Shown here piece by piece: positions 35,525-47,327 of a DNA stretch of 64,000 nucleotides. This DNA comes from Candidatus Marinacidobacterales bacterium. GTDB lineage: Bacteria; Acidobacteriota; Vicinamibacteria; Marinacidobacterales; SMYC01. The translations under genes and the position numbers were made by a program. The stretch covers positions 7,168,001 to 7,232,000 of the forward strand of contig OZ250169.1 of NCBI GenBank assembly GCA_965237955.1, read 5' to 3'. The notes below the pieces were generated by a model. The model had not been told where the DNA came from. It did no database searches and saw only the letters and a program-made list of their open reading frames with translations. Position 1 is the stretch's first letter. The number at the start of each line of letters is the position of its first letter.

Positions 35525-38090
35525 GGCGACTCCGTTGCGCTCGTCGCCGTCGGAATAGGCTCCTTACCGCTCCGGTCGCGCAGCTTTTGTACGAGCACGA
35601 AGAACACGGGTATGAGGAAGACGCCGACAATCGTCGACACGATCATACCGCCGAACACCGCTGTCCCGAGCGCTCGCCGGCTCGCGGAGCCGGCGCCCGA
35701 GGCTACCAGAAGAGGCAGGACGCCGAAAATGAACGAGAACGCTGTCATGAGAAGCGGCCGGAATCGGAGACGAGCCGCTTCCACCGCGGCCTCGAGCGTC
35801 GGCTTGCCTTCATCACGGAGCTGCTTGGCGAACTCCACGATGAGGATCGCAGTTTTCGCCGAGAGACCGATGAGTAGCACCAGACCGATCTGTGTGTAGA
35901 CGTTGTTGTCGAGCGCTCTCAGCCAAGTCGCGAGAATCGCACCGAGGAGCGCGAACGGAATCGAGAGCAGTACAGCGAACGGAATGAGCCAGCTCTCGTA
36001 CTGCGCGGCCAGGAAGAGAAACACGAAGACGAACGCTAGGCCGAAAATCATCGGGGCCTTGATTGCCCGCGGCCAACTGCTGGTACGTAACCCCCGTCCA
36101 CTCGTACCCCATGGACGGGGGGAGGAGCCGCTCGGAAAGCTCCTCCATGGTTCGAACGGCCTCGCCCGAGCTGAACCCGGGCCGGGGAGCGCCGGTGATG
36201 CTTGCGGCTGGGTAGAGGTTGTAGCGGGTAATCGCTTGGGCCCCGACAGTGTTTTGAATACTCAAAAGCGTCCCGAGCGGGATCATGTTGCCCTGGGCGT
36301 CTCTCACTTCGAGCTGATTGATGTCTTCGACGCGTGAGCGGAACTCGGCATCCGCTTGGATCATGACGCGATACGTGCGTCCGAAGAGATTGAAATCGTT
36401 CACGTACGCCGAGCCGAGATACGCTTGCAGCGTGGCGAAGATATCCGAGAGCGGGATTCCGAGTGTTTTTGCCTTGGTGCGGTCGAGCTCCAGGTAGAGC
36501 TGGGGCACGTTCGCGCCGAAGCTGTTGTTCACGCGGGCAAGGTTCGGCTGCTGGTTCCCCTCGAAGGCGAGGTCATCGGCGATGGTTTGGAGCTGCTGCA
36601 CCCCGGCCGCCCCGCGATCTTGGAGCATGTACTCGAAGCCGCCCGCGCTCCCGAGGCCCTGGATGGGTGGAGGGATGAACGCAAACGACGTGCCCTCCTG
36701 AATCTGAAGGAGCTTCTGCGTCACCGCGTTCGCGATGGCGGTGGCATGCAGCTCGGCGCTCGGTCGATCGCTCCAGTTCTCGAGCACCGCGATGGCGGCG
36801 CCGCCGTTGCTGCTCTGGATCCCGTCGAGGAACGAGTAGCCGCCAATGGTGATGACGTCGGCGACGCCGGGCGTCTCCATCAGCGTCTGGGTTATTCCCT
36901 CGAGCACCTCCGCGGTGCGCTCGAGCGACGCACTATCGGGCAGCTTCACGTTAGCGTAGAAGTATCCCTGGTCTTCGTCGGGGATGAACCCCCCGGGAAC
37001 GACCATGAAACCGAATCCGGTCATGACGACGACCGCGACGAACAGGACCATCATGACGGCGACCCGACGCACGAATAGCTGGACGTAGCTCATGTAGGAC
37101 CTGGTCGTGCGATCGAAGATGTCGTTGAACTTGGTGAAAAACCAACCACGTTTCGCCGTCGACGACGGACGAAGCAGCATCCCGCAAAGAGCCGGACTCA
37201 GCGTCAACGCGTTGATCGACGAGAACACCGTAGCCACCGAGATGGTGATGGCGAACTGTGTGTAGAGGCGCCCGGTGATACCGCCCATCATCGCCGTGGG
37301 TACGAACACCGCAAGTAGCACTAGCGTCGTCGCGATGACGGGACCGGACACTTCATCCATCGCCTTCGCGGCGGCCTCCTTCGCGGAAAGCCCTTCGTCA
37401 TTGATGAGGCGCATCGTGTTCTCGACGACGACGATCGCGTCGTCCACGACAATACCTATGGCGAGCACCAGCCCGAACAGAGACAGCGTGTTGATCGATA
37501 GCCCCATCGCCAGCATCACGCCGAGGGTACCGAGAAGCGAGACCGGGATCGTGATCGACGGGATGAGCGTCGTCCTAAAATCCTGCAAAAAGACATAAAC
37601 CGTGAACACGACGAGAAGAACGGCGATGAACAGCGTCTCCACGACTTCCGCGATGGAAGCTTCGATCGAACGCGTCGAGTCGAAGGCGATCGTGTACTCG
37701 AGCCCGTCGGGAAACCGCGTCGCCATCTCGTCCATCGCTTCTCGGATGCCCGCAGCAATCTCGAGCGCGTTCGCGCCCGGAAGCTGATAGACCGCGAGCC
37801 CGATTGACGGCTTGCCGTTGAGCTGGACGAACCAGTTGTACGCCTGAGCTCCGAGCTCGACCCGAGCCACGTCGCGCACCCGCACGATGCGGCTCCCGTC
37901 GACTTTGAGGATCATGCTCTCGAACTCCTCGACGGTGGACAGGCGCCCGAGCGTGTTGACGGTGTACTGGAAGTCGAGTCCCATCGGAGCCGGGGGCGCT
38001 CCTATCTGTCCCGCGGCCACTTGCACGTTCTGCTCTCGAATGGCGGTTACTACGTCGTTGGTGGTGAGTCCGCGCGCCTTGAGCCGCTCT
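35521..38090 (-). pseudogene. HAE1 RND efflux permease, 5' part missing, frameshift near 36055
   Basis: [21 protein letters not shown]; begins abruptly at PERLKARGL. Confidence 0.88.
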
Positions 38091-40392
38091 GGCGGTGGAG
38101 CTCGCAGAGTTCCGCGCGGTCGGATTGGATAGCGCCGTCGAGGTTTCCTGGGAGACCGCGACCGAGCTCGACAACGTGGGCTTCCACCTCTTCCGCGCCA
38201 CATCGCCGTCCGGGCCCTACGTGCGCATTACCGGCCAACCGATCCCCGGCCTCGGAAGCTCGCCGGTGGGTGCGTCGTATCGATACGTCGATCGCGACGT
38301 CGTCAACGACATCACCTACTATTACGAGCTCGAGGACATCGACTCCGCGCGCACCGAGCGGCACGGTCCGGTGCACGCGGTCCCAACGAAAGTGGACACG
38401 CCGGAATCCGCCCCCGAACCCCCAGACGACACGACCCGCATCACCTACGGCACGCCCGAGAACAACTCCATCGAGGTCATCCGCCGAACCCGTGGCTACG
38501 TGATCGTCGAGCTCGTGACCGAAGGTTTCTACGCCGAGCCCGTCGAAGACGGCTCGGTGCGCATCATCGTCCCGGGATTCGAAGAGGCAGAAGCCGCGGC
38601 GCTCCCTGTCGAGCGTATCTTGCTCGACGCTGTCGCGGGCCGACGGGTCACGATCGGCAAGGCAAGAGCATCCGGTATCGCGACGTTCTCGGGATTGAGG
38701 CCCGCGGGGGCGTCCGTGCCTGACGTCGTTGCATCGCGGGACGGCACCGTGCGCGCCCGCAAGCGCCGCGCACGGCGAGCGCTCGCGTCGCGCGAGCTCG
38801 TTCCCGGCGAGTGGGCGCGCCTCGTCGACGTCGCCTATCAAGGCGAGGCCAAAAAGGCGCTCATCGAGCTCGCACCTGTGAGGTGGGATGGACCGAACGG
38901 CGAGCTTCTTGTCGCGAAGCGACTCAGGGTTCGCGTCAGCTTCCGCGGACGGGACGAGACGCGCCGGCGCACCGCCCGTCGTGGTGCCGTCGTGGCGCGG
39001 CTCGCTACCAGGGAACGCGGGATCTACGCCGTACGCTTCGAGGACGTCTTTGCGCGGCGGCGTCCCCGAACCGATCTGCGTTTGAGCCGCCAAGGTGCAA
39101 CCGTTCCGTTCCACATCGAGCCCCCGGGTCCGTTCCGTCCAGGCTCTGTCCTCTACTTCCTGAGCGATGGGGCGAACGCCAACCCCTACGGCCACGAGGC
39201 GGTGTACGAGCTCGAGGTCAGTAAGTCGGGTGAACGGATGCCGATGACCGATAGCGCTCCCGGTTCGACCGCACGCCACTATTGGACAACGGAGCGACGC
39301 GAAGAGAATCGCTACTACCAGGCCGCGCTCGTCGACGCGGAGGACCGATGGCTGTGGGATCTGCTCTTGGCCCCGGCGACGAAGTCGTACGAGTTCTCGG
39401 CGTCCGGACTCGCGCCGGGGAACGAGCCGAGCCGCGTGCGTGTGTGGCTTCAAGGAGCCACTCATTCATCTCACTCCGTCCGCTTGAGCGTGAACGGTGT
39501 CGCTCTAGCCGAGGCACGTTGGAACGGAAAGACGGCCCACCGGATCGATGCGGACATCCCGTCTGGAGCTCTCGACGAACACGCCAACCAGCTCGAGCTC
39601 CAAAACGATGCGAGCTTCTCGATGGTCATGCTGGATCGCTTCGAGGTGGACTATCCTGTAAGGCGTCGAAACGCGGCGCCGGTCGTGGTCCTCGATGTCA
39701 CCGACCACGCTCCGCGCTGGCTCGAGCCTCCCTTCCGCATCGAGGATGGGCGGCGCTACGAATGGCGACAGAACCGCTCTCGGCAGAGGTGCGACGGGCG
39801 CGGGACATGAAACGTTTTCTCAAGCGTCGCCGCGCCGAATGGATCCTGTTGGGACCACGGACGCTTCTCGACGCGGCGAAGCCACTCGTCGCGCACCGGC
39901 GGCGCCAAGGTCTCCGCACGAGGAGCGTTGCGCTCGAGGACGTCTACGAAGCGTTCGGACACGGCGAAACACCGCCAGGAGCGATCCGCGAGTTCTTACG
40001 TCATGCATACCATGAGTGGCGCGGTCTCCGGTACGTCGTGCTCCTCGGCGACGCAACCTTCGATTTCAAGGACCACCTCGGCACCGGCGTCCAAAACCAG
40101 GTACCACCTCTCATGGTGCGTACGAGCTATCTGTGGACCGCATCCGACCCTGCGTATGGCGCCGTCAACGGAGAGGATCTGCTTCCCGATATTGCCGTCG
40201 GTCGACTGCCGGCGGCATCACCAGAAAGAAGTCCTGACGATCGTCGAAAAGATTCTGGCGCATGAACGCGTCGCATCACACCCGGGGCCGGTCGTGCTCG
40301 TCGCCGACAACCCCGATCGCGCCGGCGACTTCGTCGCGCACGCGGAGGAGCTCTCGGCGAGCGTGCTCTATGGCTGGGAACAAAAGAAAATC

Positions 40393-41776
40393 GGGTCTAC
40401 GCGGGTTCGTGTGGGTTGAAAACGGCATTTCTGGGTAATGGCGGAAGGAATGCCGCCACGATCTTCAGCTTGAGATATCCCTCGTCACGATAGCCGTAGG
40501 CGCGTCGTTGCAGAACACGGATTTTGTTGTTGACCCCTTCAACCAGTCCGAGACTGACTTTGTTCTCAGGATGACAGTAGGAGGCGATACCATCCCAATG
40601 GGACTCAATCATTCCGGCGAACTTCTGGTAGGGATGCAGGCGCTGCCATTTGAGGCTGTCTTTCCAACGTGTGAAAAAGGCGCGAGCCCCGCGTTCGGTG
40701 CGGTAATCCCAGAGTTGCCCGAAGGCCTCCTTCAAAACATAGGCGGTGTTCAGGCGCCGGTTGGCCTGGAGCAACTTCTTGAGTGCGCGGCGACCGTCCA
40801 GGCTCAGGTTCTCCCGCCGGGAAAGCAACGTGTAACGCTGCCCCTTGATATACGACCGGTCCTCGCCGCTGAGGCGTTTGTACTCACGGCGCCGGACCTC
40901 ATCGAGAGCCTTTGACAGGTGACGCATGATATGAAACTTGTCGAAGATGATCCGCGCATTGGGTGCGTTGTTAATCACCGAGTTCCGGAAGGGCTTCCAC
41001 ATATCCATGGCGGCCAGCTTGATACGGGCGCTTTTCTTCCCGCCCAGCGCCTTGAAGAACAAATCGATGTCGGTTTCTTTGCGACCCTCACCGCCCACCC
41101 AGATGGGACGCGCCCGCTCCAGGTCGCTGACAATGACACGATAGTTATGTCCCTTGCGGATGGAGATCTCATCGATACCGATGGCCCGAGGCGCCGGCAG
41201 CCCCGCCCGCTCGACTTGCTCTTGCATGTAGAGCTTATCCAGGTCCTTCACCGTAGTGTGGTGCAGACGTTCCATCTCGGCCACCGCCTTGTTCGGCATA
41301 TCCCGGCACAGCTTGCCCACATGCGTCGCAAAGCGCTGGGTGTAGCGCGGGTTGTTCGCCAGCCAGTCCAAGTGTTCTACATGCACACCACCGCACCCAC
41401 GACAGTTGACGCGCCAACGCTCGTATTCCAGATAGATCCGCCAGCCTGCCAACGACAGGTCGCGGACCCGGCACACTTGCTTGTCATAGCGCCCCCGGCA
41501 CCGATGCCCACAGTACGAGCACACGGCTGTTTTTTTCGCCTCTTGAGCTGGATGACGCGGGCGTATCGGTCACCGAATACACCGTTCAATCGGGCGCCAG
41601 CCACGAAACCTGGTAGCGCAAAAAGCGAGCGGATCGACTGGGGATTTTTCACTCGGTTAGCCTATCCTAAAAACGGATCACTTCTCAGCACCTGATGAAG
41701 TGCTGAATACCTTTTCCACACAATGAGTTACACTATTTCTCCGTCAGCATTCGCCCACAGATTTCCGCGTAGACCC
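40393..41776 (-). mobile_element. ISL3-family IS, TSD AGAAAATC
   Basis: IRs GGGTCTACGCGG and CCGCGTAGACCC; TSD at 40385-40392 and 41777-41784. Confidence 0.93.
40397..41652 (-). CDS. ISL3 transposase in two frames joined at an A7C slippery site near 41530
   Basis: CSYCG zinc finger, IGIDE, MDMW, FDKFH, EGVNNKI. Confidence 0.88.
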
Positions 41777-42408
41777 AGAAAATCTATCTCACCGAGCAGT
41801 CACCAGCGGAAGCCCGCGCGGCCATCGTCGATGCGTTCGGTGCCGAGGCGTCGCTCGTGAGCTACATCGGTCATGGCGCGATCCACTTCTGGGCTGACGA
41901 GAACATCTTCAATAGCGGCGACGTCGCGACGCTCGGCGAGCGCGACCGCCTTCCGCTTCTGCTGACGATGAACTGCCTGAACGGATACTTTCACTTCCCG
42001 TACTTCGATTCCCTGAGCGAGTCGCTTCTAAAGGCCGATGGCCGTGGAGTCGTGGCCGCTTTCTCCCCCACGGGCCTGAGCCTCGAAGACCCGGCGCACG
42101 TGTATCATCGCGCACTTCTCGAGGAGCTCATGAGCGGCCAGCACGAGAGACTCGGAGATGCCATCCTCGCTGCGCAGAGCGTGTATGCGAAAAGTGGCGA
42201 GCTCCCCGAGCTTCTGAGCATTTATCATTTACTCGGCGATCCGGCTCTCGTCATAGAGACCCGCTAGCGCCCGTACTGTACTTCTAGATCCAAGCCAGCA
42301 AGATTCTCCTCCTCACGCGCAGATGCCATTCGTCCATGAAAGGATTATGTCCTTTCTAGTTGCAGTCCTATCTGACCGAAGGACGCAGTAAACTAACTTG
42401 GCATCTTC

Positions 42409-43683
42409 ATGTATCGTTTTTTCGTTTTGGTCGCGACTCTGTCGATCGCACTTCCGTCGTTCGCTCAGGAGACGCGGCAGGAGCTCCTGCGGGAACAGCG
42501 CGAAGAAAAGCGAGCGCACGTCGAACCCTACAAACTCAACCGCGTCGAAGAACAGATGGTTCGATTCGACAAGGCAGAGTCGCCGACGATCGCCGATCGG
42601 AATTGGAAGGGCTTCTATCCCCGCATTGCTTGGCCGGCTCGGGGCTCGGGCGCGGCGCTCGGGTTCCGGTACTGGCAGCGTGATTTTTGGGGGCGCATCG
42701 ACGCGGCAGGTGCAGCATTCTATTCGCTGAAAAGCTATCAACATTATGACGTTCAGCTCGGGCTCATCCCTCACGTGGGACGGCGCATTCCGCAGAAGTC
42801 TTGGAGGGGGGACGATGTCTACGAGCTCGCGAGCACGCAGCCGGGCTTTGCGCGCATTCCGTTCTACATGACGCTCCGCTATCGCTACCTTCCACAGGAG
42901 GACTTCTACGGGCTCGGACCGGACTCAGAGCTCGAGAATCGGACGGCCTATCTCCAGGAGGAGGGCCGTCTTTATTTCACGACCGGATATCAGTTCACCA
43001 GTCACTTCGTTTGGCTTCTCAACGGCGGTTACCAACGGAACGAGATCAGAGCGGGCAAGTCGAGCACTTTCCCGAGCACCGAGGAAGTCTTCGACGATAT
43101 GACAGCGCCGGGCTTGGCGAGTCCTCCGAACTACGTTCGTTGGGGCACCCAGTTCTTCGTCGACTACCGGGACGAACCCGGAAACCCTCACAGGGGATTC
43201 ATGGTCGCGCTCGCGTACGCGCGGTTCGATGACCGAACCGAGGACAGTTTCAGCTTCGACCGCTATGGTCTCGACGCGCGCGCGTTCGTCCCGCTGGGCT
43301 CACCCCAGCGCGTCCTCGCCCTTCGAAGCGCGTTCCTCATCGACGAGGCTGACAGCGGAAACGTGGTGCCGTTTTTCATGCAACGCTCGCTCGGTGGAAG
43401 CCATACGCTTCGCGGATTCGACAGCTTCCGATGGCGCGGCGCCAGGGTCATGCTGTACCAAGCCGAGTACCGCTGGGAGCCGCTTTCGTTTTGGGACCTC
43501 AACATCTTCGTAGATGCCGGCGCAGTGGGCGGGCCGGTCGAGAGCTTGAGCTTCGACAACCTCGAAGTGGACTGGGGGTTCGGCAGCCGCTTCAAAACGT
43601 ACCGCGACATCGTCGTGCGGTTCGAGATTGCGTTCAGCAACGAAACGACTCGTTACTACCTTCGCGGGTCGACATCGTTCTAG
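42409..43683 (+). CDS. Omp85 (BamA/TamA-like) outer-membrane barrel protein
   Basis: Signal peptide, LGG..LRGF motif, FVDAG, C-terminal Phe. Confidence 0.8.
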   Translation: MYRFFVLVATLSIALPSFAQETRQELLREQREEKRAHVEPYKLNRVEEQMVRFDKAESPTIADRNWKGFYPRIAWPARGSGAALGFRYWQRDFWGRIDAAGAAFYSLKSYQHYDVQLGLIPHVGRRIPQKSWRGDDVYELASTQPGFARIPFYMTLRYRYLPQEDFYGLGPDSELENRTAYLQEEGRLYFTTGYQFTSHFVWLLNGGYQRNEIRAGKSSTFPSTEEVFDDMTAPGLASPPNYVRWGTQFFVDYRDEPGNPHRGFMVALAYARFDDRTEDSFSFDRYGLDARAFVPLGSPQRVLALRSAFLIDEADSGNVVPFFMQRSLGGSHTLRGFDSFRWRGARVMLYQAEYRWEPLSFWDLNIFVDAGAVGGPVESLSFDNLEVDWGFGSRFKTYRDIVVRFEIAFSNETTRYYLRGSTSF

Positions 43684-43692
43684 GAGTTTTCG

Positions 43693-44710
43693 ATGAAAGC
43701 CGTTCTATTGTTGCTGCTGCTGGGACAGAAGTTCTACTCAGACGATCCCATCAAGGACGACCACGACAATCTGCCGATCGATCCGCCCGCGATGATCGAG
43801 CTGAGCGCGACGTACGACTTGTTGTCGAACACCTTTGCTGCGCCGGAGCTCGAACAGCCGATTCCACGCGCGATGAACACCAACACCCTCGGCGAAGTGC
43901 CGAACTCGAGCTGGTTCACGAACCGCATCGGCGTGAGGAACATGAGCCTCGAGGAGCTCGCCCAAGGTCCCGGAAGCGGGGGGGGGCCGATGTCAGCCGA
44001 CCACTCACCATCGTCAGCGCGAAGCAAGGTGGTATCACCCCCGGCTTCACCATCCGCGACTCCCGAGGCAACGTGTACTTCATGAAGTTCGACCCAAAAG
44101 CGCATCCGAGTCTGTCGACCGGAGCAGATACAGTTTCCAAGAACTTTTTCCACGCGATCGGCTACAACGTTCCCGAAGCCTACATCGTTTACGTTCGAGC
44201 GGATAACTTCATTCTCCACGCCAGCGCGGTGATCAATTTGCCCGGCGGCAAGGAAGTACCTATGGATCGCGAGTACCTGGAGTTCATGCTCGATAACGCC
44301 GCCCGTGTCCCCGACGGCAACATCCGGGCGGTAGCGAGTCTCATGGTTGAAGGGGAGCTCCTCGGCCCGTTCAGGTTCCACGGCGCCCGGCCCGACGACC
44401 CCAACGATATCTTTCCTCACCAGCATCGGCGTGAGCTCCGCGGCTACCGCATTTTTTGCGCATGGCTCAACCACGACGACTCTCGCAGCATCAACACGCT
44501 CGACACGTTCTCGGACCAATACGTACGCCACTATCTGATCGATTTCGGTTCGACACTAGGAAGCGGCTCGGACGTGTTCAGCAACATCGCACCGCAGGAC
44601 CCTAGAGCTGGCAACGAGTACGTGATCGACCTGTCCGCGGCGTGGAAGACGGCTTACACGCTCGGGCTCTGGGAGCGGCCATGGCGGCAGGTGAAGTACC
44701 CGTACTCCAA
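43693..44710 (+). pseudogene. Secreted protein with atypical kinase-like motifs; G-run frameshift near 43980; appears 3'-truncated
   Basis: GITPGF..YFMKFD, GYNVP, WLNHDDSRSIN, YLIDFGS. Confidence 0.65.
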
Positions 44711-45154
44711 CTTAAGGATACGCGGTTTTCGACCAAGCCGCCAACTGACACGAGTCAGCAACCACGGTGAGAATCGTTTGCCGAAATAAGGATTAAATGA
44801 CTCCGTCTCCGGTGGGGATGCCCGACAGCTCTTGCCGGCCGAGCGCGGTGTAAACGGCCAGAACTCGGCACGAAATTCATCGCCCTACTGTGCGCCGCAA
44901 CAAAGTCTCTTCAGATGGCGCTTGTGAGAGTAAACTCCCGTCTTCATTACCGGGATACGCATCACCTGGAGATCACCCTGGGCGAATACGCGCACCTTGC
45001 AGGTGAGTTTCGGTGTTATCAGAGGAAGGCCAACGGGTTCGCGCGGGGTGCAGACGTTGCCATTCTCCGGGAGTAGTTAACGAGTAAGGGGCAAGCCCTC
45101 ATAGACCTAGGTCGGAGCCGCGGCTCCGGCGCGGGGATAGACTAGGAGAAAACC

Positions 45155-45391
45155 ATGAGTGACGTAATTCCGTACCCTATCAACTTCGAAACCAAGGGAA
45201 TCACCGGCCGTGATGGTTACATCGTTGCCGAAGCCCTCTATTTTGCCACCAAGTGGATTGACGAGATGCCAGACAAAGTGCGGCCATCATCCGACCAGCG
45301 CGACATTTTGCGAATATTGAATGCCGCCTTTCCGGGATTGGGTAGATGTTTTCGGGCCCGCCTAGAGAACCTGCAAATTGTCCACCTCTAG
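45155..45391 (+). CDS. Small hypothetical protein in a lower-GC insert
   Basis: AGGAG RBS before ATG, 78-aa ORF. Confidence 0.55.
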   Translation: MSDVIPYPINFETKGITGRDGYIVAEALYFATKWIDEMPDKVRPSSDQRDILRILNAAFPGLGRCFRARLENLQIVHL

Positions 45392-45400
45392 CACGCAGAC

Positions 45401-45442
45401 GGGTTAGGGACTGGCCGCCAACACTTGGTTGCGGAAGCACCC
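45401..45442 (+). repeat. 42-bp dispersed repeat, copy 1
   Basis: GGGTTAGGGACTGGCCGCCAACACTTGGTTGCGGAAGCACCC. Confidence 0.85.
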
Positions 45443-45568
45443 GCACTCCGGCGTTTCGAACGTCGGCTCTCCGAACCCGAGGTTGATTGCATCCGGCGGC
45501 GCCGCCTCCACCACGCGACGGATGAGAGAGATGCCGAGGCCTTCGAGACGAGAAGCGGGCTTTGGCAA
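45443..45568 (-). pseudogene. N-terminal fragment of a class I/II aminotransferase (possibly DapC-like)
   Basis: SLIRRVVEAAPPDAINLGFGEPTFETP directly after dapD, cut at the 42-bp repeat. Confidence 0.7.
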
Positions 45569-45573
45569 CGGGT

Positions 45574-46413
45574 TCAGGGACGCAAAGCGTCCTCGAGCGC
45601 GACCGCGGCGTCGGTTCCCGGGTCGCGATATTTGACGATCACGGGTGCGTAGAGATGCACACCTTTCGAGGCGGCGAAGCTTCCGCCGGCGGGCCGGCTT
45701 CCGGGAACCACGACCGCTCGCGGCGGTATGGTCAGCGGCGAGTCGGCGCTCGCCCGGAGCACGTCTTCCTTGACCAGATCGTAGACCGGTGTCGAGCGAG
45801 TCAGGACGGTGCCCGGCGCGAGCACCGCTTCGTCGCGGACGAGCGTTCCCTCATAGATGCCGCAGTTGCCTCCCACGAGAACGTTGTCTTCGATGATGAC
45901 GGGCCGTGCGCCGATCGGCTCCAGCACCCCGCCGATTTGAGCGGCGGCCGAAAGATGAACCCGCTTACCGACTTGTGCGCACGAGCCGACGAGAGCATGT
46001 GAGTCGATCATCGTGCCTTCATCCACGTACGCGCCGACGTTGATGAACATGGGCGGCATGCACACCACGCCCGACCCGACAAAAGCGCCATCGCGGATCG
46101 AGGAGCCGCCGGGCACGACGCGCACTTGCTCCTCGAGCTCCAACCCTCGAAGGGGCAACGTGTGCTTGTCGAAAAAACGCATCCGCGGCTGGTCCATGGA
46201 GAAGTCCGTGACCTGCCCGATGCGGAAACCGAGGAGGATGCCTTTCTTGACCCAGGTGTTCACCACCCAACCGTCGCGCCCGGGCTCCGCCGCCCGAACC
46301 TCACCCCGCGACAGCTTCGCGCGAAGCTCCACGAAACTGCTCTCCGCGTTCGGTGGAAGCCGGGAACTCTCGTAAAGCTCTTCGATCGCGTTTTGCAGCG
46401 CGGTCGTGCTCAT
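45574..46413 (-). CDS. dapD: Tetrahydrodipicolinate N-succinyltransferase
   Basis: WVKKGILLGFR, INVGAYVDEGTMID, IGGVLEP. Confidence 0.95.
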   Translation of the reverse strand: MSTTALQNAIEELYESSRLPPNAESSFVELRAKLSRGEVRAAEPGRDGWVVNTWVKKGILLGFRIGQVTDFSMDQPRMRFFDKHTLPLRGLELEEQVRVVPGGSSIRDGAFVGSGVVCMPPMFINVGAYVDEGTMIDSHALVGSCAQVGKRVHLSAAAQIGGVLEPIGARPVIIEDNVLVGGNCGIYEGTLVRDEAVLAPGTVLTRSTPVYDLVKEDVLRASADSPLTIPPRAVVVPGSRPAGGSFAASKGVHLYAPVIVKYRDPGTDAAVALEDALRP

Positions 46414-47324
46414 CGAGATGTCTCGGCGCCCCGAGACGCTTCGACCAGGTCGAGACGCGCCAGGTGCCCTCGAAGCTCGTCGCGGTTTTCGAGCTCCATC
46501 GGGACCAGGGGAAGCCGGTAGTTCTCCTCGATGAGGCCCATCATCGAAAGCGCCGCCTTCACCGGAATGGGGTTGGTCTCGATGAAGTTCGCTTTCATCA
46601 ACCCCAGTAGTCGGAAGTGCATATCGCGCGCATCGGGAAGCCGACCCGCGAGCGCGTGGCGGACCATGCTGCTCATCAACTTCGGTGCCTCGTTGCTGAC
46701 CACCGAGACCGCACCGTCACCGCCGAGCGCAATGATGGAAAAGGTCAAGTCGTCTTCGCCGGAGAGGACGCTGAAACCCGGAGATCTCTCCGACAAGATT
46801 TCCATGGCTTGTGACACGCTGCCCGAGGCCTCCTTGATCCCGCGGATGTTGCCGTGCGCGGCCAGGCGTTTTACCGTCCCGGGCAGCAGGTTCGAGCTGG
46901 TTCGACCCGGCACGTTGTAGAGGATGACGGGTACTGAAACTGCGTCGGCTAGCTCCGAGAAGTGGCGGTACATCCCTTCCTGCGTGGGCTTGTTGTAGTA
47001 CGGTACCACCGAAAGAATGCCGTCGATCCCGAGCGATGCCGCGGCTCGTGCTTGAGCGACGACGCGTTCGGTGCTGTTTCCGCCCGCGCCGGCGATCACC
47101 ATCGTGCTCGTGTCGGTCCGTTGGCGCACGATCTCGATGACGCGCAGCTGCTCGGCGTTGCTGAGAGTCGCGCTCTCCCCGGTGGTCCCGCAGGGAACGA
47201 TTCCTTCGACGCCTCCCTCCAACTGCAACCCCACGAGCTTCTCGAGTGCTTTCTCGTCGATGGATCCATTTCCGGTAAACGGCGTCACCAGAGCGGTAAA
47301 CGTTCCTTGCCATTGCTCAGCCAT
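46410..47324 (-). CDS. dapA: 4-hydroxy-tetrahydrodipicolinate synthase
   Basis: GTTGES, PYYNKP, YNVPGRT, IKEAS, NPIPVK. Confidence 0.96.
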   Translation of the reverse strand: MAEQWQGTFTALVTPFTGNGSIDEKALEKLVGLQLEGGVEGIVPCGTTGESATLSNAEQLRVIEIVRQRTDTSTMVIAGAGGNSTERVVAQARAAASLGIDGILSVVPYYNKPTQEGMYRHFSELADAVSVPVILYNVPGRTSSNLLPGTVKRLAAHGNIRGIKEASGSVSQAMEILSERSPGFSVLSGEDDLTFSIIALGGDGAVSVVSNEAPKLMSSMVRHALAGRLPDARDMHFRLLGLMKANFIETNPIPVKAALSMMGLIEENYRLPLVPMELENRDELRGHLARLDLVEASRGAETSR

Positions 47325-47327
47325 GAC

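Larger units (their letters stand above)
38092..42267 (+). pseudogene. Second Ig-like plus C25 peptidase module, no N-terminal part, frameshifted, split by ISL3
   Basis: AVELAEF..WETATELDNVGFHLFR; VLLGDA, VGRLP, YIGHG, MNCLNG, YHLLGDPAL; collinear with 14639-18933. Confidence 0.85.
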
